Assembly: GCA_951406725.2 (NCBI GenBank)
Contig: OX597822.1
Coordinates: forward strand, 45,446,001-45,510,000
DNA: 64,000 nucleotides
Source of the DNA: Octopus vulgaris
Lineage: Eukaryota
Direction: 5' to 3'
Shown piece after piece: positions 39,966 through 54,520 of this stretch. The stretch's first letter is position 1. The number at the start of each line of letters is the position of its first letter. The position numbers and the translations under genes are program-made. The notes under the pieces are model-generated. The model saw nothing but the letters and a program-made list of their open reading frames with translations. It had not been told where the DNA came from and did no database searches.

Positions 39966-40563
39966 TGTATGTATTTTCTGAACAGCTTAACACCTGATCA
40001 TGTGATAATGCCATTTCCGATTTTTGTTGTCCTTCTTTTCGTTGCTCTTATCGATGCCGTTCTTCTTAATATGAATATGTGTGTATGCGTGTGTGTGAGA
40101 GGTGAATGTAAATTTTTTATTATTATTTTTATAGACAAGGTATATCGATATCCTCTCGGAGGAGGGGACGATTATTCCCATTCTTACGAGTGGCGTGATG
40201 ATTTTCATTGTTTTTCTCCTTCTTGTGGCCTCGTTTCAATGCTTTACGTCCTTCGGTTTCCTATATTATTTTAGCGTTTGTTTTCGAATTTTCATGAAGA
40301 TTTGATTTTATTTATGCTGTTGTGATTTTCAACAATTTTTTTTTCGATGAGGTGAAATTATTTTTTACGTATTTATTTATTTATTTATTTATTTATATTT
40401 TTATTTCTTTATTTATTTATTCATATACTTCTTGTTTTGAATTGTTTAAAAGACTTTTATTTTTCATCTTAGTCCTAATAAGGTAAATTTTCGCTAACTA
40501 TCGTGTTGCTGCCTGGCCACAAAGAATCCTACAACAGGGATGTCGTATGTGTATATATGCTAA

Positions 40564-40605
<42 letters not shown>

Positions 40606-40609
40606 AAGT

Positions 40610-41010
40610 GGCGCAAGAATGGTTGTGTGGTAAGTAGCTTGCTGACCAACCACATGGTTCCGGGTTCAGTCCCACTGCGTGGCACACTTGGGGAAGTGTC
40701 TTCTACTGCTATAGCCTCGGGCCGACCAAAGCCTTGTGAGTGGATTTGGTAAACGGAAACTGAAAGAAGTCTGTTGTATATATATATCTATGTATATGTT
40801 TGTGTGTCTGTGTTTGTCCGCCCAACATCGCTTGACAAACGATGCTGGTGTGTTTACGTCCCCGTCACTTAACGGTTCGACAAAAAAGACCGATAGAATA
40901 AGTACTAGGCTTACTAGTCCTGGGGTCGATTTGCTCATATTATATATAAAGGCGGTGCACCAGCATGGCCGCAGTCAAATGACTAAAACAAAGAAAAGAA
41001 AATAAAAGAT
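40610..41010 (+). mobile_element. SINE A, full length; tail duplicated in inverted orientation
   Basis: Head at 40610; palindrome spans 40937-41096. Confidence 0.9.
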
Positions 41011-41084
41011 ATATATATATATATCTTTTATTTTCTTTTCTTTGTTTTAGTCATTTGACTGCGGCAATGCTGGTGCACCGCCTT

Positions 41085-41125
<41 letters not shown>

Positions 41126-42011
41126 AGTAATTGAATGAATTATCTTATTAAGGATAATTCGAAAGATAACCGATACCTGGGTAGCAAATTCACATCAGAA
41201 AGAACACGGTTGAAGCTACGTCCCTAGGGCATAGACTACGTGTCTTCGTGCGGAGAACAATAACACTACGTTCAAGCTCGAATGGTCCATTTTGTCGGTG
41301 TCCTTCCCGTTTGATAAAGGCAGAAAATTTTGTGGCATCTGTAATTCCGAACTTTTTCATATTTTGTTCGCCAAAGGCCCTTTAATAAACACAATCGTCG
41401 AAAGATCCTACAGGTGTTTACACTGGAAAAGACACACCTTTCACTCATATAAATAGTGACTAATATAGATAACCCCTCGATTTCCCAAAAAAAATTTTTC
41501 CTATATTTCACCCCAATAGTCAAAAAGATTTTCTTATATTCCCAATTACTACTATCCATTCTTGCGTTGCCTCTGACCTCGCCCGATTCTTTCTCCCTTT
41601 CGCTATCTACTTTCCTTTCTCTACAGTAAACATAATCGAACACACAGACACAGATCTTTCACCTCACAGCTGTCAGTTTTCTGACATCTACCCATCCACA
41701 AACACAATCACGCATTCAGACACACTCATACACACATTAAGACAGTTATATACAGTCACACACATAGGCACTCATTCACAAAAGAAATCATTTAAACCCA
41801 CCATTCTTTTGACCTGCACTCTCTCACCTTACCATTCTTATGCCTCCCTCCTCCTACTTCGTTTGAAAACTTGAACCTTTAGAAACTTCTAGATTCTTCT
41901 ACATTAAGCCACTCTGACGTCACTCATTATAAAGAGACACTCATTATCGCCATGGGCTCCTTGAGAGCGGTCAGCTAAAAGTTTTTTGTGCATTTTGATG
42001 TCGACATAAGT

Positions 42012-42108
42012 TCCTTGATTTTCCTGATGAGAAATCTGCATAATGTACTCCTTATTCCTTCGGAATTAGGAATATGCAGCCTTCGAAACATATGTCGAGA
42101 ATAAAGGA
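42012..42108 (+). ncRNA. Intact minimal type I hammerhead ribozyme (Penelope-type)
   Basis: Stem I 11/12 bp (UCCUUgAUUUUC / GAGAAUaAAGGA); CUGAUGA at 42024-42030; stem II GAA/UUC plus CUGCAUA/UAUGCAG; GAAAC-AUAU-GUC; predicted cleavage after 42096. Confidence 0.85.
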
Positions 42109-42145
42109 TATTTGTTAACTAGCCGTTCAACTCCATTCTTTCATA

Positions 42146-42218
<73 letters not shown>

Positions 42219-42220
<2 letters not shown>

Positions 42221-42372
42221 AGGGTAAGTCAAAAAGTAATGCCATTTTGTTTAGGACAGGTATAATTTCCAATACAGGAACATGTATCATACATCAAGAT
42301 GAAGCTGGTTCGCTGTGGTTCACGTCCCTACTTCTCAACCGTGTCACCGTTTCTCTCAATAGCATTCTGTCT
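42219..42372 (-). mobile_element. Mariner 3' end (transposase C-terminus plus TIR)
   Basis: Minus frame QNAIERNGDTVEK*; terminal TA-GGAGGGTAAGTCAAAAAGTAATGCC. Confidence 0.7.
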
Positions 42373-42464
42373 CTAATATATCCACCCTGAAACTATCCTA
42401 TTTTGCCCCACCCAACTTCCAATCTATCATAGCAGCCTCTCTCTCTCTATATATATATATATAA

Positions 42465-42654
42465 GTGCAGGAGTGGCTGTGAGGTAAGTAGCTTGCTTAC
42501 CAACCAAATGGTTCCGTCATGGGTTCAGTCCCACTGCGTGGTATCTTGGGCAAGTGTCTTCTTCTATAGCCTCGGCCCGACCAAAGCCTTGTGAGAGGAT
42601 TTGGTAGACGGAAACTGAATGAAGCCCGTCGTATATATGTATATATATATATAT

Positions 42655-42700
<46 letters not shown>
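42465..42700 (+). mobile_element. SINE A 5' half
   Basis: Head and body up to the microsatellite. Confidence 0.85.
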
Positions 42701-42711
<11 letters not shown>

Positions 42712-42851
42712 TATATATATATGTATATATATATATATATCCATTCTTTTTTCTTTCTATCTGTCTATCTTTCTTTTTCTTTGACACTATTTCTTTTTCT
42801 TTTTCTCTCTCTCTCTTTCTCTCGCTCTATTTATCTATCTATCTATCTATC

Positions 42852-42932
<81 letters not shown>

Positions 42933-43439
42933 GGCTACCTTGCTATCTCTCTATCTCGCTTTCATTCCCCCTCCTTCCCCCGTTCCCTTTGAGAAAAGCA
43001 TGTCATATGATCGCCATATTTCGTTTTCTTTGAACTCATTCATTTTCTCAAGTTCTGCTTATATTCAAGAAATATATTCTTTTGTTACATACACCGCTTA
43101 TACTTCCGTTAAAACGAGACAAGTTATTTGCTATTTATTTTTTTATTATTCTTGTTGCAGTTCTTGTTGTTGCTGTTGTCTTTCAGTTTACAACTAATAA
43201 GGAAACCACATCAGTGTATTCTGCCATTTATATGTGTGTAATTGTGCGAATGCATATTTATAATATACACATACATTCATAGGTAAATGCACAAACGGAA
43301 AGCAAAAGACGCGTAATAAATGCACAGACGAATAGAAAATATATATTCAGTGCAAAAACGGACGGAAAACAGACACAGAAAGTCCTTGGTTCTTCATTAA
43401 TTATCAACCAGATAGGTATTACTCAGTTTCACACTATTA

Positions 43440-43505
43440 ACATACATACATTACATACATACATACATTACATACATACATACATTACATATATACATAC
43501 ATACA

Positions 43506-43536
<31 letters not shown>

Positions 43537-44150
43537 CATTACATACATTACATACATACATACATTACATATATACATACATTACATACATTCATACATT
43601 ACATACATACATACATTACACAAATACATACATTACATACATACATTACATACATACATACATTAAAAACATGCATACACTACATATATACATACATTAC
43701 ATACATACATTACATACATACATATATACATACATACATACATTACATATATACATACATTACATACATACATTACATACATACATTACATACATACATA
43801 CATACATACATACTTATATACATACATTACATACATACATTACATACATACATTACATACATACATTACATACATACATTACATATATACATACATACAT
43901 TACATATATACATACATACATACATACATTAGATGCATGCATATATTATATACATACACACACATACATACATTACATACATACATACATTAAAAACATA
44001 CATACACTACATACATACATACATTAAAAACATACATACATTACATACATATATTACATACATACATTACATACATACATACATACATTACATACATACA
44101 TTACATACATTACATACATATATTACATACATACATACATACATTACATA
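43440..44150. repeat. (TACA)n/(TTACATACA)n satellite field; continues at 44590-44860
   Basis: Direct inspection. Confidence 0.9.
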
Positions 44151-44151
44151 C

Positions 44152-44351
44152 TCTTTTACTCTTTTACTTGTTTCAGTCATTTGACTGTGGCCATGCTGGA
44201 GCACCGCCTTTAGTCGAGCAAATCGACCCCGGGACTTATTCTTTGTAAGCCCAGTACTTATTCTATCGGTCTCTTTTGCCGAACCGCTAAGTTACGGGGA
44301 CGTAAACACACAAGTATCGGTTGTCAAGCAATGCTAGGGGGACAAACACAG

Positions 44352-44386
<35 letters not shown>

Positions 44387-44590
44387 CATATATACGACAG
44401 GCTTCTTTCAGTTTCCGTCTACCAAATCCACTCACAAGGCATTGGTCGGCCCGGGGCTATAGCAGAAGACACTTGCCCAAGATGCCACGCAGTGGGACTG
44501 AACCCGAAACCATGTGGTTGGTTAGCAAGCTACTTACCACACAGCCGCTCCTGCACCTTATATACATACCACACAGCCACTCCTGCGCCT
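44152..44590 (-). mobile_element. SINE A, full length with duplicated head
   Basis: TACCACACAGCC(G/A)CTCCTGC occurs twice between 44535 and 44590. Confidence 0.9.
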
Positions 44591-44818
44591 TTATACATAT
44601 ATACATACATTACATACATACATACATAACATACATACATACATTAAAAACATACATACATTACATACATACATTACATACATACATACATACATTACAT
44701 ACATACATACATTAAACACATACATACATACATTACATGCATACATACATACATTACATACATACATTACATACATACATTACATACATACATTACATAC
44801 ATACATTACATACATACA

Positions 44819-44849
<31 letters not shown>

Positions 44850-44869
44850 CATACATACATTCTCGTTCT

Positions 44870-45066
44870 TGTGTGGTAATAAACTTGCTTCCCAACCACA
44901 TGGTCCCGTGTCCAATCCCACTGCATGGCACTTTGGGCAAGTGTCTTCTACTGTAGCCTCGGGCCAACCAAAGCCTTGTGACTGGATTTGGTAGACGGAA
45001 ACTGAAAGAAGTCTGTCGTATATGTATAAATATATGTCTTTATGTGTGTCTGTGTCTGTGTGTGTG

Positions 45067-45097
<31 letters not shown>

Positions 45098-45295
45098 TCC
45101 CCCACCATTCCTTGACAACCGATGTTGGTGCACTGACGCCCCCGTAACATAACGGTTCAGCAAAAATACCGATAGAATAAGTACTACACTTACAAAGAAT
45201 AAGTACTGGGATCGATTTCTTCAACTAAAAGCCCTTTAAGGTGATGCTCCAGCATGGCTGCAGTCCATTGACTGAAACAAGTAAAAGAATAAAAG
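44870..45295 (+). mobile_element. SINE A
   Basis: Family alignment. Confidence 0.88.
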
Positions 45296-45302
45296 ATATA
45301 TA

Positions 45303-45350
<48 letters not shown>

Positions 45351-45354
45351 AATA

Positions 45355-45385
<31 letters not shown>

Positions 45386-45474
45386 ATATAAATAATATAT
45401 ATATATATATATATGCATATATACATACATATATGTACATACTGACATATATATGTATATACATATGCATATAT

Positions 45475-46201
45475 GTGTACAGGACGTCACAAACATGAAA
45501 CACGAAAACATGAAATCCGAAATACGAAAAACAAAATGAAATACGAAGACAAGCTTTTTTACGAACAACGAAACAAATGGAAAACAAGACAAGTTACATA
45601 AATAACGACCCTTCATCAGTTGTCGGCTGTCCATCTACTCCACATTTCGAGCAATTCACGACAATATGTGCTTTCGGAAAACAGTCGTTCCCACAACCAA
45701 AATAAAATTTGGAATTTTGCGGGGGATCAAAATTGGTAAGAAAAAAAGGATAGTGAAAGAAATAGTGTAGGCTGCTAAGCCAGACGGGGTAAGGTGGCGA
45801 ACGTTGAAGAACATTCTTTGTCAAGAATACGTCTTGTCTACGCAACAGACCGGAAGAAATAAAAGATGAACACGTATACGAAAAAGGATGGACGATGGTC
45901 ACGTGTGAGCAACGAGAGAGTAAAGGATGAAGAGGGAGATAGAGAGGAGGACAGATTAAAAAAAACGGTGAAGGGAGACAAAAAAAAATTGGAGAAAGGA
46001 TATGGTTCAAATCTAAGCTATGTCCTGTGAATGCACATCTGATTTTTACAGTATTCCAATTCCGTATGCAGAAGTTGTACTTATGTGGATAAGCATAAGA
46101 GTTGAAAATTCTTGAAATATTATTTGCAGAACAATTATATATCAAAACAGGAGATTGAGAAAAATTGGTGAATAAAGAATACCCAAATATTTTCACAATA
46201 T

Positions 46202-46205
<4 letters not shown>
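45475..46205 (-). mobile_element. Unclassified repeat, possibly a Penelope-like remnant; its end is related to 30612-30770
   Basis: GTACAGGACGTCAC and CATCAGTTGTCG.CTGTC.ATCTACTCC shared with 30.6-30.8 kb; CUGAUGA on the minus strand without a completing GAAA. Confidence 0.4.
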
Positions 46206-46272
<67 letters not shown>

Positions 46273-46317
46273 CGCATTCAAAGCCAGTGAACAGCAATTA
46301 ACGAAACAGGTATCACT

Positions 46318-46520
46318 TTGAATCCCTTTAACAATTCAAAATAATGACTTTTATTCCTCTTAATTTTACCTCAGTTCATCTAATTGCATATATTTATCGT
46401 TACTTTTTATAAAAAAAGCCTTTATTTTTTATATTCAATGTGCATTTTCGCTTTCTCCTTACTTTCCCTCTGTATCTACCATGTATATAGCTTATTTTTC
46501 TCTTTGAAAACCCATTTCTA
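46318..46520 (+). repeat. Dispersed AT-rich repeat; other copies at 29692-29880 and 48137-48272
   Basis: AATCCCTTTAACAATTCAAAATA start shared by all three. Confidence 0.8.
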
Positions 46521-46562
46521 TCATATATATAGAAAGAGAGCGGGGGAGAGAGAGGGAAAGAA

Positions 46563-46692
<130 letters not shown>

Positions 46693-47232
46693 CATATATA
46701 TACACAAATATATGTAATATACTTACATGTATATATACATATAAGCATGAATACGTGCAGACACATACATGCATGCACAGAGATACGTGCACTCACAAAT
46801 ACATACATGCACACATACACGCGTGCATGCACACACGCACATACATACATATTTACATAGATACATACATACGTACATAATTACATAAACGTACATATTC
46901 TTTCTCCGATTCTGTTCTCACCTTTCCAAATGTAATTAGGAAAGCATGAAGGTTAATTTAAATTCCAATTAACAATGTGAGTTATTACTGGTGGCCTCCA
47001 TGTACTTCATTTGTTAACACCTCAGATTTTATTAGGATCAATACTAAACACTATTCATTTGTAAATATGGATATCATAATCAGCGACGTAACACTCTGCC
47101 CCCTCCCTCTCACACACTCTCTCTTTTTTTCTCCCTCTTTCTTTCTTCCTTTGTCTCTCTCTTATATTTATTTACTGATGGAGAGGCTTCCAATGTAATA
47201 TTCTGAAACCATTTCTTATCACATATGCACAT

Positions 47233-47406
47233 AGGCGCAGGAGTGGCTGTGTGGTAATGGGCTTGCTTACCAATCTCATGGTTCCGGGTTCCTTCCTACT
47301 GCGTGGCAACTTGGGCAAGTGTCTTCTGCTATAGCCTCGGGCCGACCAAAGCCTTGTGAGTGGATTTGGTAGACGGAAACTGAAAGAAGCCCGTCGTATA
47401 TATGTG

Positions 47407-47458
<52 letters not shown>

Positions 47459-47986
47459 TGTGTCTGTGTTTGCCCCCCCCCTCTCCAGCATCGCTTGACA
47501 ACTGATGGTGGTGTGTTTACGACATCGTAACTTAGCAGTTCGTCAAAAGAGACCGATAGAATAAGCACTAGGCTTCCAAGAAATAAGTCTTGGGGTCGAT
47601 TTGATTGACTAAAAGCGGTGCTCCAGCATGGCCGCAGTCAAATGACTGAAACAATTAAGAGAGTAAAAGAGTATAGGAGCAGGCGTGGCTGCGTGGTAAG
47701 TAACTTACTTCCCAACTACATGGTTCCGGGTTCAGTCCCACTGCATGGAACTTTGGGCAAGTGTCTCCTCCTATAGCCTCGGGCCAACCATAACCTTGTG
47801 ACTGGATTTGGTAGGCGGAAACTGAAAGGAGCCCGATGTACATGTATATGTATATATTTATTTATGTGCGCGTGTGTGTCTTTGTGTCTGTGTTTGTCCC
47901 CGCCACAATCGCTTGACAACCGATGTTGATGTCTTTACGTCCCCGTAACTTAGCGGTTCGGCAAAAAGACAACGATACAATAAGCA
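47233..47986 (+). mobile_element. Two tandem SINE A copies (second is 3'-interrupted)
   Basis: Heads at 47233 and ~47676. Confidence 0.88.
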
Positions 47987-47987
47987 C

Positions 47988-48103
47988 GGGCATATGGCGT
48001 AGTGGTTAAGAGCGCGGGCTACTAACAGCAAACAAGATGAGGACACATACCCATTCAATGTAAATAATGTACATAATTCCTCATCTCTTAAATATAGAAC
48101 TGT
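47988..48103 (+). mobile_element. Internally deleted tRNA-headed element sharing its tail with the hammerhead-bearing repeat at 63.3 kb
   Basis: GGGCATATGGCGTAGTGGTTAAGAGCGCGGGCTACTAAC joined to AAACAAGATGAGG...AATGTAAATAATGTACATAATTCCTCATCTC. Confidence 0.7.
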
Positions 48104-49099
48104 AACGACCTCACGGTCGTAACAGTTCCATATCAGTTTGAATCCCTTTAACAATTCAAAATAATGACTTTTATTCCTCTTAATTTTACCTCAGTTCATC
48201 TAATTGCATATATTTATCGTTACTTTTCATTAAAAAAAAGCCTTTATTTTTTATATTCAATGTGCATTTTCATTTAACAGATTTTTATTACTGCACATTT
48301 GCGTTGATCTTTTACAAATAATAACAGCAATAATTCCATACTAGGAAAGACATATTGCTTAAGGCTTACAACAAGCTTACTTATATAACAATCTGTGGCT
48401 TGCCGGTTACAACTAGAAAATATTTGCGCTATATTCGTGGCAACGAAAATTCCTGTCGACTATCTGCTATTTATCTCAGCTGGGTGGAGGTGGTAATAAT
48501 GGAGATGACGTGCAGCTGCCTCAGAGTTCTGCGATTACCGCCAAAAACGGCCTTTTTCTCGGACACAATGAGAAAATTCTAGAAAATCGAATCACGCGAT
48601 GCTTAACGCTGAGTGGATGTTTAATAGACCGATCGCGTGAAACTACTGTGGTTTGGCCGTGATGTTGTTCAGCTACATAGTAATACGGTTTCGGATCACC
48701 GTCACATTCTCTTCGTTCTCTCAACTTCACTCCGCCACCTTCTACTCATCTATTCTATACTCCACTCCAACGTACCCCACTTCACTCCACTACACAACAC
48801 GCGTTACACTACTCAACTTCACACTTTTATTTTACACTAAATTCTACTCCACTTCACACCTTTACTTTCTCCTTCACCTCCTTACACTCAAGCATCTTCC
48901 TAGCTGCTCTACCAGCTAGAAATAACAGCCAGATCCTCCTGGAATCATACCCTGCGTCTTAGAAGAAAAAATGCGTTGGAGGTTGTGCAATACACTGGAG
49001 GATAGGCGATGGATGTAAAGTCAACCAAAGGAAGGAGGAGATTTCTTTCCTACTTTCTTACACTTCACTAACAATGCTAATGTCGTGAAATAGTGGCTC

Positions 49100-49720
49100 A
49101 GACGTGGCTGTGTGGGTAAGAAGATTGCTTCTTAGCTATGTGGTCTTGGGTTCAGTCCCACTGCGCGGCACCCTGGGTAAGTATCTTCTACAGTAACCCC
49201 GGGCTGACTAAAATTTTGTGAGTGGATTTGGTGAGCGAAAAATGAAAGACACCCATTGCGCGCGCGCGCGTGCGTGTGTTTGCGCTTTGTCGCCTAACAC
49301 CACTTAAAAACCGGTGGTGATTTGTTTACGCCCCCGTAAGTTAGCGATTCGGTAAAAAGTGGCGGACAGAATAAGTGCCAACCTCTGAAAATAAATAATT
49401 AGTAAGGTGAATCTGTTCTACTAGAAACGCTCGAGGAGGTGCCCCAGCATGGCCGCAGTCCAATGATTGAAACAAGTAAAAGAAACACGGTGAGCTGGCA
49501 GAAACGTTAGCACGTCGGGCGAAATGCTTAGCGGTATTTCGTCTGCCATTACGTTCTGAGTTCAAACTCCGCCGAGGTCGACTTTGCCTTTCATCCTTTC
49601 GGGGGTCAATTAAATAAGTACCAGTTAGGCACTGGGGTAGATGTAATCGACTTAATCCGTCTGTCTGTCCTTGTTTGTCCCCTCTATGTTTAGCCCCTTG
49701 TGGGCAATAAAGAAATATGA
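49100..49720 (+). mobile_element. Diverged SINE A followed by a family C (MetaSINE-type) copy
   Basis: Family A at 49100-49485; family C at 49486-49718. Confidence 0.82.
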
Positions 49721-50327
49721 AACTAGTAAAAGATAAACGATAAAAGGACTGTGGTACAGTGTTTCCTGCAGATGATCAAAGAAGGGATGGTCGTGGTGGG
49801 ATGTTTTTTGATAATAGATTTGCCCGAAAACTAAACAACTAAAACAACAACAACAACATCAGGATGTTACATGATTATACTAAACTACACTCATTCCCCC
49901 TCCACTCCACTCCACTCCATCAAGTTACACTTCACTCCCCCGCACTACACTAAACACCACATTACCCCCACTCCAATAAGCATCAGAGCACTAAACTCTC
50001 ATCCACTTTCTCTATCTCTTATCTCCTCCTCTTCCTTTACCCCTACCTCTAACCCCAATGATAGCCCCACCTGCAGCCTTCCCCTTCCGCTTGTCACTTT
50101 ATCGATTGTTTAAAAATAACCGTTGTCAACCAGAGTCCAGTTGCGATGCGGATGTGAAACGGTGGAAACGATGGAAGGGTTAGGAGACGCATATCGGGAA
50201 CGGGGTGGACTGACGAAGCACGTTATAATGAAACTGCGTACCTACCCTACTTCTCCATGACCCCTAGTCGGCCCTCGCCAACATCCAACACCCACCTTCT
50301 GCTCTACTATACCGCACTCAACCATCA

Positions 50328-50358
<31 letters not shown>

Positions 50359-50887
50359 GCTCTCTCTCTCTCTCAACACATCCACACATACACAGACACT
50401 TGGTGCAAACAAACAACAAACAAACGAACGGAACCCAGACACATAAAGAGAGAAAAATAAGAAGTGAGGCACAGTGAGACAATGGAAAGAACGTGAGGAG
50501 GAAAAAGTAAGACGAAATCAATACAACAAAACTAAAGGTAGAAACAAACAAGTTTTTCCTTCACGTCAGTTTATTAAATATTTTAGCACGGAATTCCTTC
50601 AACGCGAAACTTTTAATTTAGATCTAAATTACTGATATTGTCACACGCGCACACATATACACCACATAAACACTGAAGCATGTTTGTATGTATGTATATG
50701 TACGTATGTATGTATGTATGTATGTATGTATGTATGTATGTATGTATGTATGTATGTATGTATATGTACGTATGTATGTACGTATGTATGTACGTATGTA
50801 TGCATGTATGTGATGTGCGTATATACGTATGTATGAACGAGTGTATGCACGTATATTTGAACTTCTGTATGTACGCGTACAACCACA

Positions 50888-50945
<58 letters not shown>

Positions 50946-50973
50946 TGTGGATGTTCGCATACTTACACTGTAT

Positions 50974-51025
<52 letters not shown>

Positions 51026-51268
51026 ATATGTATATATATACATACACACACACACATATATATATTGATAAATGCGCATGCATTAGTATGCATATACATG
51101 CATATGTATATGTGTGTGTGTGTATACATATATGTATATAGAAAGATACACCCACAGACGCACACACCAACGCTCATATATGTATATACAAGTAAATCCA
51201 AACATACATACATACATACATACATACATGCAAAGAAAAAGAATGCTTATATAATTATATAGAGATAA

Positions 51269-51331
<63 letters not shown>

Positions 51332-51513
51332 GTAATGTATGTGTATCTGTGTTCATGCTTGGGTATCCGTGTGTATGAGTGGAGAGGGGAAAATCAGTTA
51401 TGGGAGTGGGGAGGCGATATTTTTCATTAAAGAAACAACAGCAACAACAACAACCAGACCAATGACAGTAATAACAGTAGACTTGCACTAACAACCATTG
51501 CACTAGTGACAGC

Positions 51514-52370
<857 letters not shown>

Positions 52371-52630
52371 GTTGTTGTTGAAGTTGCTGTTGTACAGGTT
52401 GGTGTTTTTCGTTTCCATGGTAACTATCATTGTTATTAATAATGTGTCGGTGCTGCTGCACGGCTGCTGCTGCTGTTGCTTTGTAATTACTAGTTTTAAT
52501 TGAATCAAATAGAGTAATTGAAAGTCCGTTCAGCAACAACCACCTCCCACCATCAAACACGACCACCACCACTACTTCTACAACTACTACTAATACTACC
52601 ACCAACGCGATCACTACAGCTACATTATAC

Positions 52631-52694
<64 letters not shown>

Positions 52695-53084
52695 ATGTAT
52701 GTATATACATATGTGTATATATATTTATATATATATATACACATATATATATATGTATACACTTATAAACAAACATACACATACATATATACAAATATGC
52801 ATGCATATACATATATATTCTCACATCCACATGTACATGCATGTACGTACGTACGCACCAGCATACATACATTTAACTCCTCTCGCCTTTAATTCAAATT
52901 TCACGAATATTCGATCAATCAAACGGCCATATTGGCATGTCAGGGAAAACATTTTTTTGCCCAAGAGGGTACCGAGACCTCGCTGTTTCATTAGTTAATA
53001 TAATGTATATGAATTTTATGTTCGACATGGGCGTGCAGTGGTTATGTTTGCCGCTGTCAGCTATGTGTCTCTGAAAAACACAAA

Positions 53085-53375
53085 AAGATGGGGGTAAGTC
53101 AATTATATAAGGACCAAGTGCTTAATTGCTTCTTATTTTAACGATCCTGAAAGGTTGAAAGGTAAAGTCAACCTCGGCGGAATTTGAACTCAGAACGTAA
53201 AGATGGTGAAATGCCGCTAAGCATTTTGCCCGGTGAGCTAATAATAATGCCGGCTCGCTACCTTATACGAATATTTTGTATTCCTTTCTACTATAGGGAC
53301 AAGGCCTGAAATTTTGGTGGGGCCGGGGTTCGTCGAGTACTGACCCGAGTGTTCAACTAGTACTTATTCTATTAC
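53085..53375 (-). mobile_element. Family C (MetaSINE-type) fragments
   Basis: GGCGGAATTTGAACTCAGAACGTAAAG and CCTTTCTACTATAGG motifs. Confidence 0.75.
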
Positions 53376-53432
53376 CTCCTAAGAATCCTCGTTTGCTTGA
53401 TGAGTTGGTGCATACACAGAAAGAACAGAACC

Positions 53433-53917
53433 ACCGCGTGCTCAACCAATGATTCTTATGGCCCTTGGGAGTCCCTGTAAGATTTTGTTGTTAAAATATA
53501 GGGGCAATAAATTGCTTACATCTCTACAACATACAAAATATTTAAACTATTTTTCATACAATTCCTAAAAATATTGAATTTAAAACATTGTGTGGTTATG
53601 AAGGTCCATCCGAATAAAATAGGAACAAAAGGGACACTACTTACATACTGGGATCCCGCTTAAATACAGAGGTCCTGATGCATCTACGTAACGATATGTT
53701 TTTACAGTGCACACTCGTTAGAGTTAGTTTTAGGGTTAGGATTAATGTTAGTTAGGATTAGGGTAAGGGTTAGTGAGAGTTAGGATTAGGGTTAGTTAGG
53801 GTTAGGGTTAGAGTTAGTTTTTAGGGTTACGGTTATGTAGATGCGTCGGGACACCTGTATTTAAGTAGTACTATAAAAGGGTCCCAGAGATAAAAGAAAT
53901 ATGGTTAAGAATTACTG
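53433..53917. mobile_element. hAT MITE (same family as 8572-8826, opposite orientation) containing a nested TIR element with TTAGGG-like repeats
   Basis: TAAGATTTTGTTGTTAAAAT is the reverse complement of ~8763-8782; nested IR arms at 53659-53692 and 53832-53865. Confidence 0.7.
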
Positions 53918-53993
53918 TACTTGAGGAACTCTTAATTTCATTATTCAATCATTATCGCTGTATGACCGCTCTAATCTCCTAACAGACTGATTA

Positions 53994-54520
53994 CTACAGC
54001 AAATCAATAACTCCATCTCTTCTAATACACCTTGCTCTTCCAACACAGAATATTATGAAACTGAACGAAGTTTCTGTGAAATGGTTTTCTCTAGAAAACC
54101 AGTGGTCTGAGAGTTGCAGTTCTTTAGCAACACGCGCAGTCTGACCTTCAGGACTCTCTGTACGATGTACATTCCAACAACAGATGCTATTTTTCACACT
54201 TTCAGAATAAAATTTTGTGTTAAGTCTTTGTTCAATCACGCTTTTGATGAACCGCCGTTAGTCACAACAAACAAATAAGTGAACAATTTTTAGTGCACCT
54301 TTTCTGGCACCTTCCCACACAGAGAGTGACTGGGTGAGCAGTGCTCTCTTAAACAGGAATACTCAGACACAGGTAACTCCACCGAAGCAATTTCTGTCCA
54401 TAAAAATATGACAGTGGCGTTAGGATACGTTTCCTGCCGCTTTGTGTGTAAATTCGTAGCAGCGATCCTCCAATTGATTAAGTCTGTACAAGTCGCCACT
54501 CTTCCATTGCCACAGGACTT
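53994..54520 (-). mobile_element. Decayed 5' part of an RTE-like LINE (APE endonuclease N-terminus)
   Basis: ICCWNV..PEGQTARVAKEL..IFCVGRA..RRDGV resembles the RTE motif WNVRTL..PERRTALVAREL..FWSG..R.AGV. Confidence 0.55.

Noticed and set aside
45595-45655. CUGAUGA on the minus strand
   Set aside because: No downstream stem II plus GAAA to complete a ribozyme in this copy.
48480-48662. Possible exon after TTATCTCAG (LGGGGNNGDDVQLPQ...WP*)
   Set aside because: Weak polypyrimidine tract and no recognisable homology; cannot be supported without transcripts.
50207-50243. CUGACGA...GAAAC-UGC-GUA hammerhead-like match
   Set aside because: Stem II cannot pair and stem I is marginal; probably chance.
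53715-53832. True telomere or chromosome-fusion remnant
   Set aside because: Short, degenerate and enclosed by inverted repeats within a MITE.
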